26,650 bases of DNA from an uncultured bacterium (lineage in GTDB: Bacteria > Chlamydiota > Chlamydiia > Chlamydiales > RGXB01), in assembly GCA_964344875.1 (NCBI GenBank), contig CAYFOX010000004.1:1637-28286 (forward strand), in the 5' to 3' direction. The stretch's first letter is position 1. Each line of letters opens with the position of its first letter. The translations under genes and the position numbers were made by a program. Below the pieces are notes generated by a model that was not told where the DNA came from, made no database searches, and saw nothing but the letters and a program-made list of their open reading frames with translations. Below, one piece after another: positions 1 through 7,561 of the stretch.

Positions 1-2253
1 GGGGATCCTGCTCAATTTGCCTTGGCTGAAATCTACAAAAAGACAAATGAGCCCCAAAAATCGGCAGAACTTTTTAAAAAACTTGCCTCCAAGTATAAGG
101 ATAAAAAAGAGGAGCTCCTCTTTCATGCAGGTCTTGCCGAATCTTCTTACAACCCTAAGGGAGCAATCGATACATTCAGCGAAGTGGTCGAAATGCGTGG
201 AAGCAGACTTTTTACCAGCGCGTTTAATCGTCTTGTGCTGATGTTTCAGTTAGAGGCTTATGAAGCAGTCATCGATTCCATTGATGTTGTTTTAGTCAAC
301 GCAGATCAACAAAGTTTGCCTGTTGTCCTCTACATGTACTCACGCTCTCTATTTGGGGCTAAAATGTACGATAAAGCGCTTGAAATCCTCGATAAGCTTG
401 AGGCAAGAAACGCTTTAGACGAGTCCCAAAAGAAAAATCTCTACTTGATAGAGCTTGGATCCAGCCAGCAGCTCAAAGCGCTTGAGCGATACGAAAAGGC
501 GCTTAAAAAGTTTGAGTCGAACTTCCCTAAAGATAAAGAGATCCCTAAAGCGATTTTTATCCACGCCCTTCTTTTGAAAGAGCAGCTAAAAACAAAAGAG
601 GCGCAATGTCAGTTGGAAAAAATCCTTAAACAATTCAGTGATTTTGAGAGTGCTGATTCCCTTTTACTCGAGTATGGGCTAGTAACTTACGACAACGAGC
701 AGTATGAGCTTTCTCGTACGAGCTTGAAAAGCTTTATCGATACCTTCCCCTCTTCGGATCAGATCCATTTGGCCTGGCGTTATTACCTGTCGGGAACACT
801 TCAACTTTACGATCTGATTCAAAGGGAAGAGCACACTGTAGAAGAATTCTCAAAAATTCAATTCTTTAGTGATTTAAGTTGGGTCTTGTCTAATGCCAAA
901 GGGCTGTCAGATAAAGAGATTCAAGAGAGCCGATTCTTACAAGCTAAAGTGGGTTTTGATTTAGGTTATACACAGGAATCGATGCAAAAGCTTGTCACCT
1001 ATATTCAAGACTATTCCAAGCATAGCTCTATCTCGGATGCCCACCTTCTTGTAGCCCTATGCTACGACCGTATGCGCACTAACTATGAGAGCTTTATTGA
1101 ACATGCCGATAAATCGATCCAGTTAGCGCAGAAACATGATCATCTTAGCTCGATGCACATCCAAATCTTCAATGCCTTACTACGTTATAAAGAATCTTTG
1201 GAATCTCTCCCTAATTTAACACAATTACAATCTAAACGTCTTAAAGAGATCCAAGAAAAAGCTTCCCAACACCTGTACGCGGCCTTCATTCGTGAGGATC
1301 TGGATATCCGCAAAGAGAACCTTTTATGGTTATCGAATATTTTTTACGACCAATCGCCATTGCACTTAAGCGTTTATGAGAGGGTAGAAGGGGCTGAATC
1401 TCCCCTTCCTGACAACCTATCCAAGGCCAAAAAAATTCTACAGAGAATTTTGGTGTCCGGGAAAGAGACCTTTATCAATCAGATCCAGAGTGCTCCAACT
1501 CTTGAGTGGGATATGATGCGCCTTATACGTATTGCCCATAAAGAGGGGAACTTGCGCCTAAAACAATCCTATCTGGAAATCCTTACAGAGGCCTATAGAA
1601 AGTGTGCCCATACATGGAGCCAAAGACAAGAGGCCCTTATCGAACTTTCCAAAATTTATGAGGTGCAAGGAAATAGAAAAATGGCTCTGGAAACCCTAAC
1701 CGAGGCTGTAGCTGTCTCGGGATCCAACAGAACAATGGGTTCAGAATATGCACGCATCCATAAAATACGCTTAGAGTGTGAGGATTTTGAGAATTTTAAT
1801 CAGGCACAAATTGAGGAAAAGATCAACTACCTAAAAGGATTACAAATCCAAAAAGATGTGGGATCCGAACCTCTGCACCTTGAAGCAAGCCTTGTTTATG
1901 CTGAAGCAAGAACCTATCTATCTGACGAGCTTGAAAAAGACCTCAAACACCTCTTCTTTTTGAACAGAGTAAAAGAGGATTACAACAACACCAAAGATCC
2001 CCAAATAGCCGCTTACAAATCGAGTTTGAATCAGAATCCAAAGCTTAAAGGGCTTTATGATGAGTATATGCAGGTGTTGGATGCAGAGATGCTCCTTGCG
2101 AAATTCCGTCTAGAATCGGCAAATGGGGATTCCAGGGATGCTAATGTCTACAAGCTCGAGGGGTTAAAACTCCTCTCAAAATTGAAAAAAGAGCCCTTAG
2201 TCTCCCACTATGTGAAAGTTAAAGTAGATAATCTCCAGAATCTTTTTGAATAA
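1..2253 (+). CDS. Large TPR/alpha-solenoid repeat protein, 5'-truncated at the window edge
   Basis: Frame 1 is open from base 1 (GDPAQFALAE...), so the TTG at 22 is not necessarily the start. Repeated helix-pair motifs (e.g. LYMYSRSLFGAKMYDKALEIL, LLEYGLVTYDNEQYELSRTSLKSFIDTFP, LLVALCY) resemble BamD/YbgF-type TPRs. Stop TAA at 2251-2253. Confidence 0.75.
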   Translation, partial: GDPAQFALAEIYKKTNEPQKSAELFKKLASKYKDKKEELLFHAGLAESSYNPKGAIDTFSEVVEMRGSRLFTSAFNRLVLMFQLEAYEAVIDSIDVVLVNADQQSLPVVLYMYSRSLFGAKMYDKALEILDKLEARNALDESQKKNLYLIELGSSQQLKALERYEKALKKFESNFPKDKEIPKAIFIHALLLKEQLKTKEAQCQLEKILKQFSDFESADSLLLEYGLVTYDNEQYELSRTSLKSFIDTFPSSDQIHLAWRYYLSGTLQLYDLIQREEHTVEEFSKIQFFSDLSWVLSNAKGLSDKEIQESRFLQAKVGFDLGYTQESMQKLVTYIQDYSKHSSISDAHLLVALCYDRMRTNYESFIEHADKSIQLAQKHDHLSSMHIQIFNALLRYKESLESLPNLTQLQSKRLKEIQEKASQHLYAAFIREDLDIRKENLLWLSNIFYDQSPLHLSVYERVEGAESPLPDNLSKAKKILQRILVSGKETFINQIQSAPTLEWDMMRLIRIAHKEGNLRLKQSYLEILTEAYRKCAHTWSQRQEALIELSKIYEVQGNRKMALETLTEAVAVSGSNRTMGSEYARIHKIRLECEDFENFNQAQIEEKINYLKGLQIQKDVGSEPLHLEASLVYAEARTYLSDELEKDLKHLFFLNRVKEDYNNTKDPQIAAYKSSLNQNPKLKGLYDEYMQVLDAEMLLAKFRLESANGDSRDANVYKLEGLKLLSKLKKEPLVSHYVKVKVDNLQNLFE

Positions 2254-2274
2254 TTAGGGCAAAGGTTAAAAACT

Positions 2275-5200
2275 GTGCATAAAGCAAAAAAACCGTTTTT
2301 CACACTCTTTTGGTTCAGCTCAGCCGTACTAGCCGCCTCGACAGATGTGTCAACCCTTTATTTAGAAAGATCAGGGATTGAGCCCGTTTTTGAGCCGACA
2401 AAATTTTCCAATACCAAATTTGAAAAAACCTCCAGAACCTATCCTTTAGATAAACCCGATAAAAAAAGAGAGGAGGCTCCACGAGCAGATTGGAAAGTAA
2501 CCCTCCATTCAGACATCTTTTTTGAAGATACACACCTAGTCTCCAAGAAAAAAGACCCCTTTTTCTCCTCAAAAAAATTCATCTCTTTCCAACTTCAAAA
2601 TTCGGGGTGCGTTGTCCTTAATCCTCATTTTCTTTTCATCGACAAACTCTCCTCACCATCCCGTTTTTGTAAGCTCGACACTCGTATTGTATCTCAAGCC
2701 GATATCCCCATAGAAAAAGAGACTGTTTTCATTTATGAGAACTTCTCCCCTATTCAGGAAGAGGAATTAGACGACCTCTTTATATTGGAATCAGACCAAA
2801 AATCAGAAAACCCTTCCTTGAAAAAAATCCGTCTTTCTTTTTCCAATTTTGAGAAAAAAAATAGGTTGATCGAAGAATCAAACACCCTTTGTCATGCTGT
2901 CATCAAAGAGAAAAGCTTACCCCTCTCTTTACTTCCTGTTCCACTAGCCAAAGAAACGATTTGGGAGTCCGCAAAAGAGGTCTATCACCAAAAAGGTTTT
3001 GTTCTTGAGGAGGAGTTTAACCAAAAACACAAAAAAATTTCGTTTAGAATCGCTAAAAATTTTAAAGTTCATTTTTGTATTGAATTGCACCCAAAAGATC
3101 TTAATAATGACACCTTAACTCTTTTGGACGAATATTACAGCTACTTAGATGCGAGTGTCGATTCCGTAGAGCCGATCTACATAGGAGACAAAGAGCACTA
3201 CCCTTATTATGCTTTCATCGAACAGGAAAATTCCTCCCAAGAGATCTCCTCTCTAGAGCCGATTGCGGATGGTTCCTTCAATGCCTCCTTAATAGTAGAA
3301 GATACCAAGCCAAAGACCAGTCAGACCGAAGATCTTGATCCGATAACTCCCCGTCTAGTTTCTGAAAGCTCACCTATTCATCTCCCTAAGTCCCCTTTAA
3401 ATTCCGTTAATGGGATCTATAGTACCTCACCTTCACTACCGGGCAGCAACAAACCCTCGATCGAGTCCTCTTTAGATTCACAACAGTTTCCCCTTTTCGA
3501 AATTCCCCGTATTTTGCTCTCCATGATTGCTAAAAATACCGCCTCCATCGAAAATTCCCTTTTTCCTCTAATCGACAAAAAGGAAAAGATCTTTTTCTCA
3601 AGGTATCTTGAACCAAGCGAAAAAACTTTTTTTCAATGGGCAAATTTTAAGTCTCCATTTCCTTTGAACCCTATTACCGAACCAATTCATCTTTTTTGCG
3701 AGTACGTAGCAGATCTTTTTCACCCTTTTGAGGAGAGGTTGAACCGCCTGTTTGACTATTTTGCCAAAAAATACCCTCTCGAAAAAAGTCAGTCCTGCAC
3801 TTTTTCAACACAATCTTCCCCAATCGATATCCATGCCATCCCCAATATAGTAAAAAAATCTAGACTATCTTCGACACCGCTCCGTTCTCTACCTTTGCCT
3901 GAAGCTGTAAGAAATTTTTGTCATGATTTAATAACCCAACCACTAGTCATTCTTCCCTCAAAGCCTAAAGTGCAAGATGAAAATGAGGTTTCGAACGATA
4001 CCCTTGAAGTAGCCAATAAGCTTGAGTGTAAAAAACCTGTGATATCCTCAAAGTTTGTGGTTTTTCATCACCCGCTTGGTCTCTCAAATGCAGATCTGAA
4101 TAGCAACGAAAACAAGTTGCTTTTACCACAAAAAACTACAGGACTGGAGACAGAAATTGCTACAGGCATACCTTTTTATAAGGAACCACCTCCCCAAGAG
4201 TCGCAACAAGAGATCCCAGCCCCTTATTTACCTCATAAAATAGCCGAAGAAAAAAATCACCTTAAAGGGCTCCACTCTTCAGGGGTATTTTTGTCTCATG
4301 TCAATATTTTGCACCCGGGATTTATCAAAATATCTACACAAAAAGAGGCCCTGCTTGAGCTATTTGACGCCAAGACCGAAACTCTTGTAGCAGAGAAAGA
4401 CCGTCTTGATATTCTCCCCGGCCAGAAATTTCGCACCTCGATCAGTCTTGAACACAAAAAAATGGTTTCGTTTGAGCCTATAGCTAACGATTTTGAAGAA
4501 AAAATCTGTATTGAGAAGATTGAAATAGCCATACTGGACTCCCCACAGAGAAAAATCCTCAAAAATTTCCCACAAACTGAGATCTCTTTAAAAGAGATCC
4601 CTTCAACTTCTAAATCTTTAGCAATGATCACCGGAGCGAGAATGCTTAATGAGCAAACAAGAAAGTTCTTTGCCTCTGTAGATTTTTTTCAAGATCTCCC
4701 CTATATGTCTGAGGATGCGACAGAGCAGTTTTTCACAAAAGCCTCAAGCGCCGCTCTCTCCTCAAAAGAGGGTTATGGGGTGGAGATTGAACTAGAACTT
4801 TATGAAACAGTCCGCCCCTCGATTCTAGACCAGGAGATTGTTTTTGTCCTTGACGGCTCAAAAAATACTCCGGTTGAACATTTTGCTATCTACAAACAGG
4901 CGATCCTAAGGAGCTTAAAAAGCTTAAATACCGATACACGATTCAACATTCTTGTGGTCGCAAAAACGGTGGAAAAGCTCTTCGATTCCTCCGTAAGTGT
5001 CAGTCTTGATAAGCAAGTACTAGCAAAAAGATTTTTAGAAAAGATCGAATCCTATCAGGGGTCTGAGGCAGGTCAGCTTCTTAAAACCTGTGCAAGCCTT
5101 GTCCCCCCTGAAGATGACAACACCCTTACATCTGTTGTCCTAATGGCCGACTCGGTGAAACCGCAAAAACAGCTTGTTTATCTGCAGGAGACAAAAAAAA

Positions 5201-5718
5201 TTGTCGAAAAAAATCGGGGGAATTTCCAACTTTTAACCTTCTCACTTACCTCGAAAGATCACCAAGATCTCAAATTTATCTCGATGATCGGTAGCGGAAA
5301 AAACCACATAATCACCTCTGCATCCTCTTTTGTTAGAAAATTTTCCTCAATGATCCGCAAAATCAAATACCCTTATCTTGCAAATCTGTCTATAACACCC
5401 TTATGTGAAGGAGTAGAAATTCTCCCCCATAATCAACTCATGGGACCCATTTTCTTGAATCAACCTCTAAAATTCTATGCAGTCTCGGAAAAAAATACCC
5501 CGTTCCTTTTAATGATCCAATCTATGTGCAACGGGAAAATTGTGCGTATCCTAAAAGAAATCCAACCCGTTAGTAATGAGAGCATTCGCTCCAAAATGAA
5601 GGCCGAAATTCAGCTAAAAAGGGCGGCTGACGCTTTCACAGATTATGTTAAAAAGGGGGGCCGTATGAATCTAGAGGAAACCAATAAACGTCTAGAGCTT
5701 TTTGATATCCAGCTCTAA
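2275..5718 (+). CDS. Large protein with a C-terminal von Willebrand factor A (vWA) domain and a long, low-complexity Ser/Pro/Lys/Glu-rich N-terminal region
   Basis: 1147-aa ORF with GTG start, 21 bp after the TPR gene. The C-terminal segment IVFVLDGSKN...ILRSLKSLNTDTRFNILVV...VVLMADS...LLTFSL...LKFISMIGSG fits the VIT/vWA beta-alpha pattern. Possible N-terminal signal peptide (MHKAKKPFFTLFWFSSAVLAA). Confidence 0.7.
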   Translation: MHKAKKPFFTLFWFSSAVLAASTDVSTLYLERSGIEPVFEPTKFSNTKFEKTSRTYPLDKPDKKREEAPRADWKVTLHSDIFFEDTHLVSKKKDPFFSSKKFISFQLQNSGCVVLNPHFLFIDKLSSPSRFCKLDTRIVSQADIPIEKETVFIYENFSPIQEEELDDLFILESDQKSENPSLKKIRLSFSNFEKKNRLIEESNTLCHAVIKEKSLPLSLLPVPLAKETIWESAKEVYHQKGFVLEEEFNQKHKKISFRIAKNFKVHFCIELHPKDLNNDTLTLLDEYYSYLDASVDSVEPIYIGDKEHYPYYAFIEQENSSQEISSLEPIADGSFNASLIVEDTKPKTSQTEDLDPITPRLVSESSPIHLPKSPLNSVNGIYSTSPSLPGSNKPSIESSLDSQQFPLFEIPRILLSMIAKNTASIENSLFPLIDKKEKIFFSRYLEPSEKTFFQWANFKSPFPLNPITEPIHLFCEYVADLFHPFEERLNRLFDYFAKKYPLEKSQSCTFSTQSSPIDIHAIPNIVKKSRLSSTPLRSLPLPEAVRNFCHDLITQPLVILPSKPKVQDENEVSNDTLEVANKLECKKPVISSKFVVFHHPLGLSNADLNSNENKLLLPQKTTGLETEIATGIPFYKEPPPQESQQEIPAPYLPHKIAEEKNHLKGLHSSGVFLSHVNILHPGFIKISTQKEALLELFDAKTETLVAEKDRLDILPGQKFRTSISLEHKKMVSFEPIANDFEEKICIEKIEIAILDSPQRKILKNFPQTEISLKEIPSTSKSLAMITGARMLNEQTRKFFASVDFFQDLPYMSEDATEQFFTKASSAALSSKEGYGVEIELELYETVRPSILDQEIVFVLDGSKNTPVEHFAIYKQAILRSLKSLNTDTRFNILVVAKTVEKLFDSSVSVSLDKQVLAKRFLEKIESYQGSEAGQLLKTCASLVPPEDDNTLTSVVLMADSVKPQKQLVYLQETKKIVEKNRGNFQLLTFSLTSKDHQDLKFISMIGSGKNHIITSASSFVRKFSSMIRKIKYPYLANLSITPLCEGVEILPHNQLMGPIFLNQPLKFYAVSEKNTPFLLMIQSMCNGKIVRILKEIQPVSNESIRSKMKAEIQLKRAADAFTDYVKKGGRMNLEETNKRLELFDIQL

Positions 5719-5753
5719 CTTTTCTTTATTTATTTTCTCTTTTTCGATTTTTT

Positions 5754-5782
5754 TAGATAACAACAGGGAAAAAGGGTAGAAT
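5754..5782 (+). promoter_or_regulatory. Candidate sigma66/sigma70 promoter for rsmD
   Basis: TAGATA (5754-5759), 17-nt spacer, TAGAAT (5777-5782), lying 22 nt upstream of the ATG at 5805. Confidence 0.4.
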
Positions 5783-5804
5783 TTTCTGACCATCATGAGC
5801 GCTT

Positions 5805-6335
5805 ATGTACATTCTTGCCGGAACTAAAAAGGGGATGCGTCTTAAGGTCCCACAAGAGGGGACAAGACCCACAACGAATAAAATAAAAAAGTCGCTGTTT
5901 GATTCGGTACAGTATCTGATTGAAGGGGCAGAAGTGCTGGATTTATTTGCTGGGAGCGGTAGTTTAGGACTAGAGGCCCTATCCAGAGGTGCCCGAACTG
6001 CTACGTTTGTAGAAAAAAATGCGAGCGCTATCGACTGTATCAAAAAAAATGTGGAAATACTTGGTTTTAATCCACAGGTAACGATCATTCCATCTCCTGT
6101 AGAACGAGCTTTAAACCATCTCAAGGAGTACGACCTCATTTTTATCGACCCCCCTTACGATATGAACATCAAAACTTTGGTGCAAGATATCCGATCGCAT
6201 CTCAAAGATGGTGGGCTAATGATAGTAGAACAATCGAAAAGGACGAAATTTCTAGACGATTTGCTTTTTAATAAGAAAAAAGAGTACGGAGATACGGTAA
6301 ATTACTTTTTTCAAAAAAACGATCCAAAGATCTAG
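5805..6335 (+). CDS. rsmD: 16S rRNA (guanine966-N2)-methyltransferase RsmD
   Basis: N-terminus MYILAGTKKGMRLKVP..TRPT, SAM-binding motif VLDLFAGSGSLGLEALSRGA, and catalytic motif DLIFIDPPY. Confidence 0.93.
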   Translation: MYILAGTKKGMRLKVPQEGTRPTTNKIKKSLFDSVQYLIEGAEVLDLFAGSGSLGLEALSRGARTATFVEKNASAIDCIKKNVEILGFNPQVTIIPSPVERALNHLKEYDLIFIDPPYDMNIKTLVQDIRSHLKDGGLMIVEQSKRTKFLDDLLFNKKKEYGDTVNYFFQKNDPKI

Positions 6336-7561
6336 GAAAGAGCTTTCTGTGACGCCTCTATGGGTTGTGGTCTCAACATCACCAAACTTCCAAGTATTGA
6401 TAGCAACATCCCATAAAAAATTGCCTGATTCGGTCCAAATACATCGGTGAGCCATCCACCAATCAAAGGCATCGCTAAACCTCGCAAACCTACCATAAAA
6501 ACATTCACCATCGTATAACGACTGCTCTCCCCTTCCTGAGAAAAATAGGGACCCGAAAGGTTCCACACTAAATGGCTTCCGGCCTGTGCTATACCATATA
6601 AAAAATAAGCACTAAAAAGGATTACTTCTCCCGATTGCAGAAAAAAAAGGGAGCCTAGAAAGAAAGTGACAAAGATAAAGACCACACCCGACAAAAGTTC
6701 GTATCGGCACTTTTTCATAAAAAAGCCCCAAATGGGTGTAGTTAGAATCATCCCTATCTCTTTCACTGCACAATTGGAAGTAAATAGAGTAGTAAATTTA
6801 AACCCTTGATTCGTCAATAAAACAGCGATAGCGGGCATAGCCAGCATCAGCCCCCCTCCGCAGAGGAAATATCCCAACTGAAAACGGACAAACTGCGGAT
6901 TATTCAAGAGTATATTCCAGCCTGCACGAATCGGTTCAAAAAAAGAAAATCTTTTTTTTTCCCTTTCTTCGGTCTCATTTAAAGGCAAAATCTCAAGCCT
7001 TCTTTGAAAGATGAGACTCCCTAATCCCACCAAAGCGTACGCGGGAAATAAATAAATCCACCCCGATGCAAGATTTTCGACAATCCATCCTGTAAAAAAA
7101 GCAAGAGCTATCCCCTCCACATAGGCTGCTGTAGTGGCAAATGAAAAGCTTGTCTCACGACTTTTTTTATCCAAGTTACGCCGAATGATCTCTATGAGGG
7201 CTGGAGCCTCTGCTCTATAAAAAAGGGTGAAAATCGCAGAGGCAAAAATGAGATAACCCAGAGTTGGAAAAAGGGGGATGAAAAGAAAAGGGATAAGAGA
7301 AAGAGCATGAGCACACATAAGGTTTAAACGTAAAGATTTTGGATCCTCATGTATGAATGTGCCCCAATAAAAAGATAAAAAACTGATCAGTGGGCGCAAC
7401 GTCATCAGCACCGATATTTGCATAGCAGTGGCCTGAAGATAGTTACATAAAATGAGCCCTAAAACCGAATGGATCGATAGGAAGGGCTCCAGAAGTAAGC
7501 AGTGGTAGAGAAGGGTCTTTTTAGTTTGTTGAGCGACCCCCTCTTTATAGAGCGTGCTCAG
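6332..7561 (-). CDS. MFS transporter. The first ATG is at 7423, but the frame is open to a CTG at 7561 (409 aa).
   Basis: Many hydrophobic TM segments and an MFS-like two-halved layout with a central charged loop. The upstream in-frame extension LSTLYKEGVAQQTKKTLLYHCLLLEPFLSIHSVLGLILCNYLQATA has no stop and supplies a further TM-like segment. The stop overlaps the rsmD stop (CTAG, 6332-6335). Confidence 0.8.
   Translation of the reverse strand: MSTLYKEGVAQQTKKTLLYHCLLLEPFLSIHSVLGLILCNYLQATAMQISVLMTLRPLISFLSFYWGTFIHEDPKSLRLNLMCAHALSLIPFLFIPLFPTLGYLIFASAIFTLFYRAEAPALIEIIRRNLDKKSRETSFSFATTAAYVEGIALAFFTGWIVENLASGWIYLFPAYALVGLGSLIFQRRLEILPLNETEEREKKRFSFFEPIRAGWNILLNNPQFVRFQLGYFLCGGGLMLAMPAIAVLLTNQGFKFTTLFTSNCAVKEIGMILTTPIWGFFMKKCRYELLSGVVFIFVTFFLGSLFFLQSGEVILFSAYFLYGIAQAGSHLVWNLSGPYFSQEGESSRYTMVNVFMVGLRGLAMPLIGGWLTDVFGPNQAIFYGMLLSILGSLVMLRPQPIEASQKALS

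Noticed and set aside
5795-5827. Out-of-frame ATG 10 nt upstream of rsmD giving a 10-codon mini-ORF
   Set aside because: It has no SD and no informative composition, and is likely chance.
6332-6335. Tail-to-tail stop overlaps (rsmD/MFS CTAG, and 13 nt at 22622-22634)
   Set aside because: These are common in compact genomes and give no further evidence of a regulatory role.
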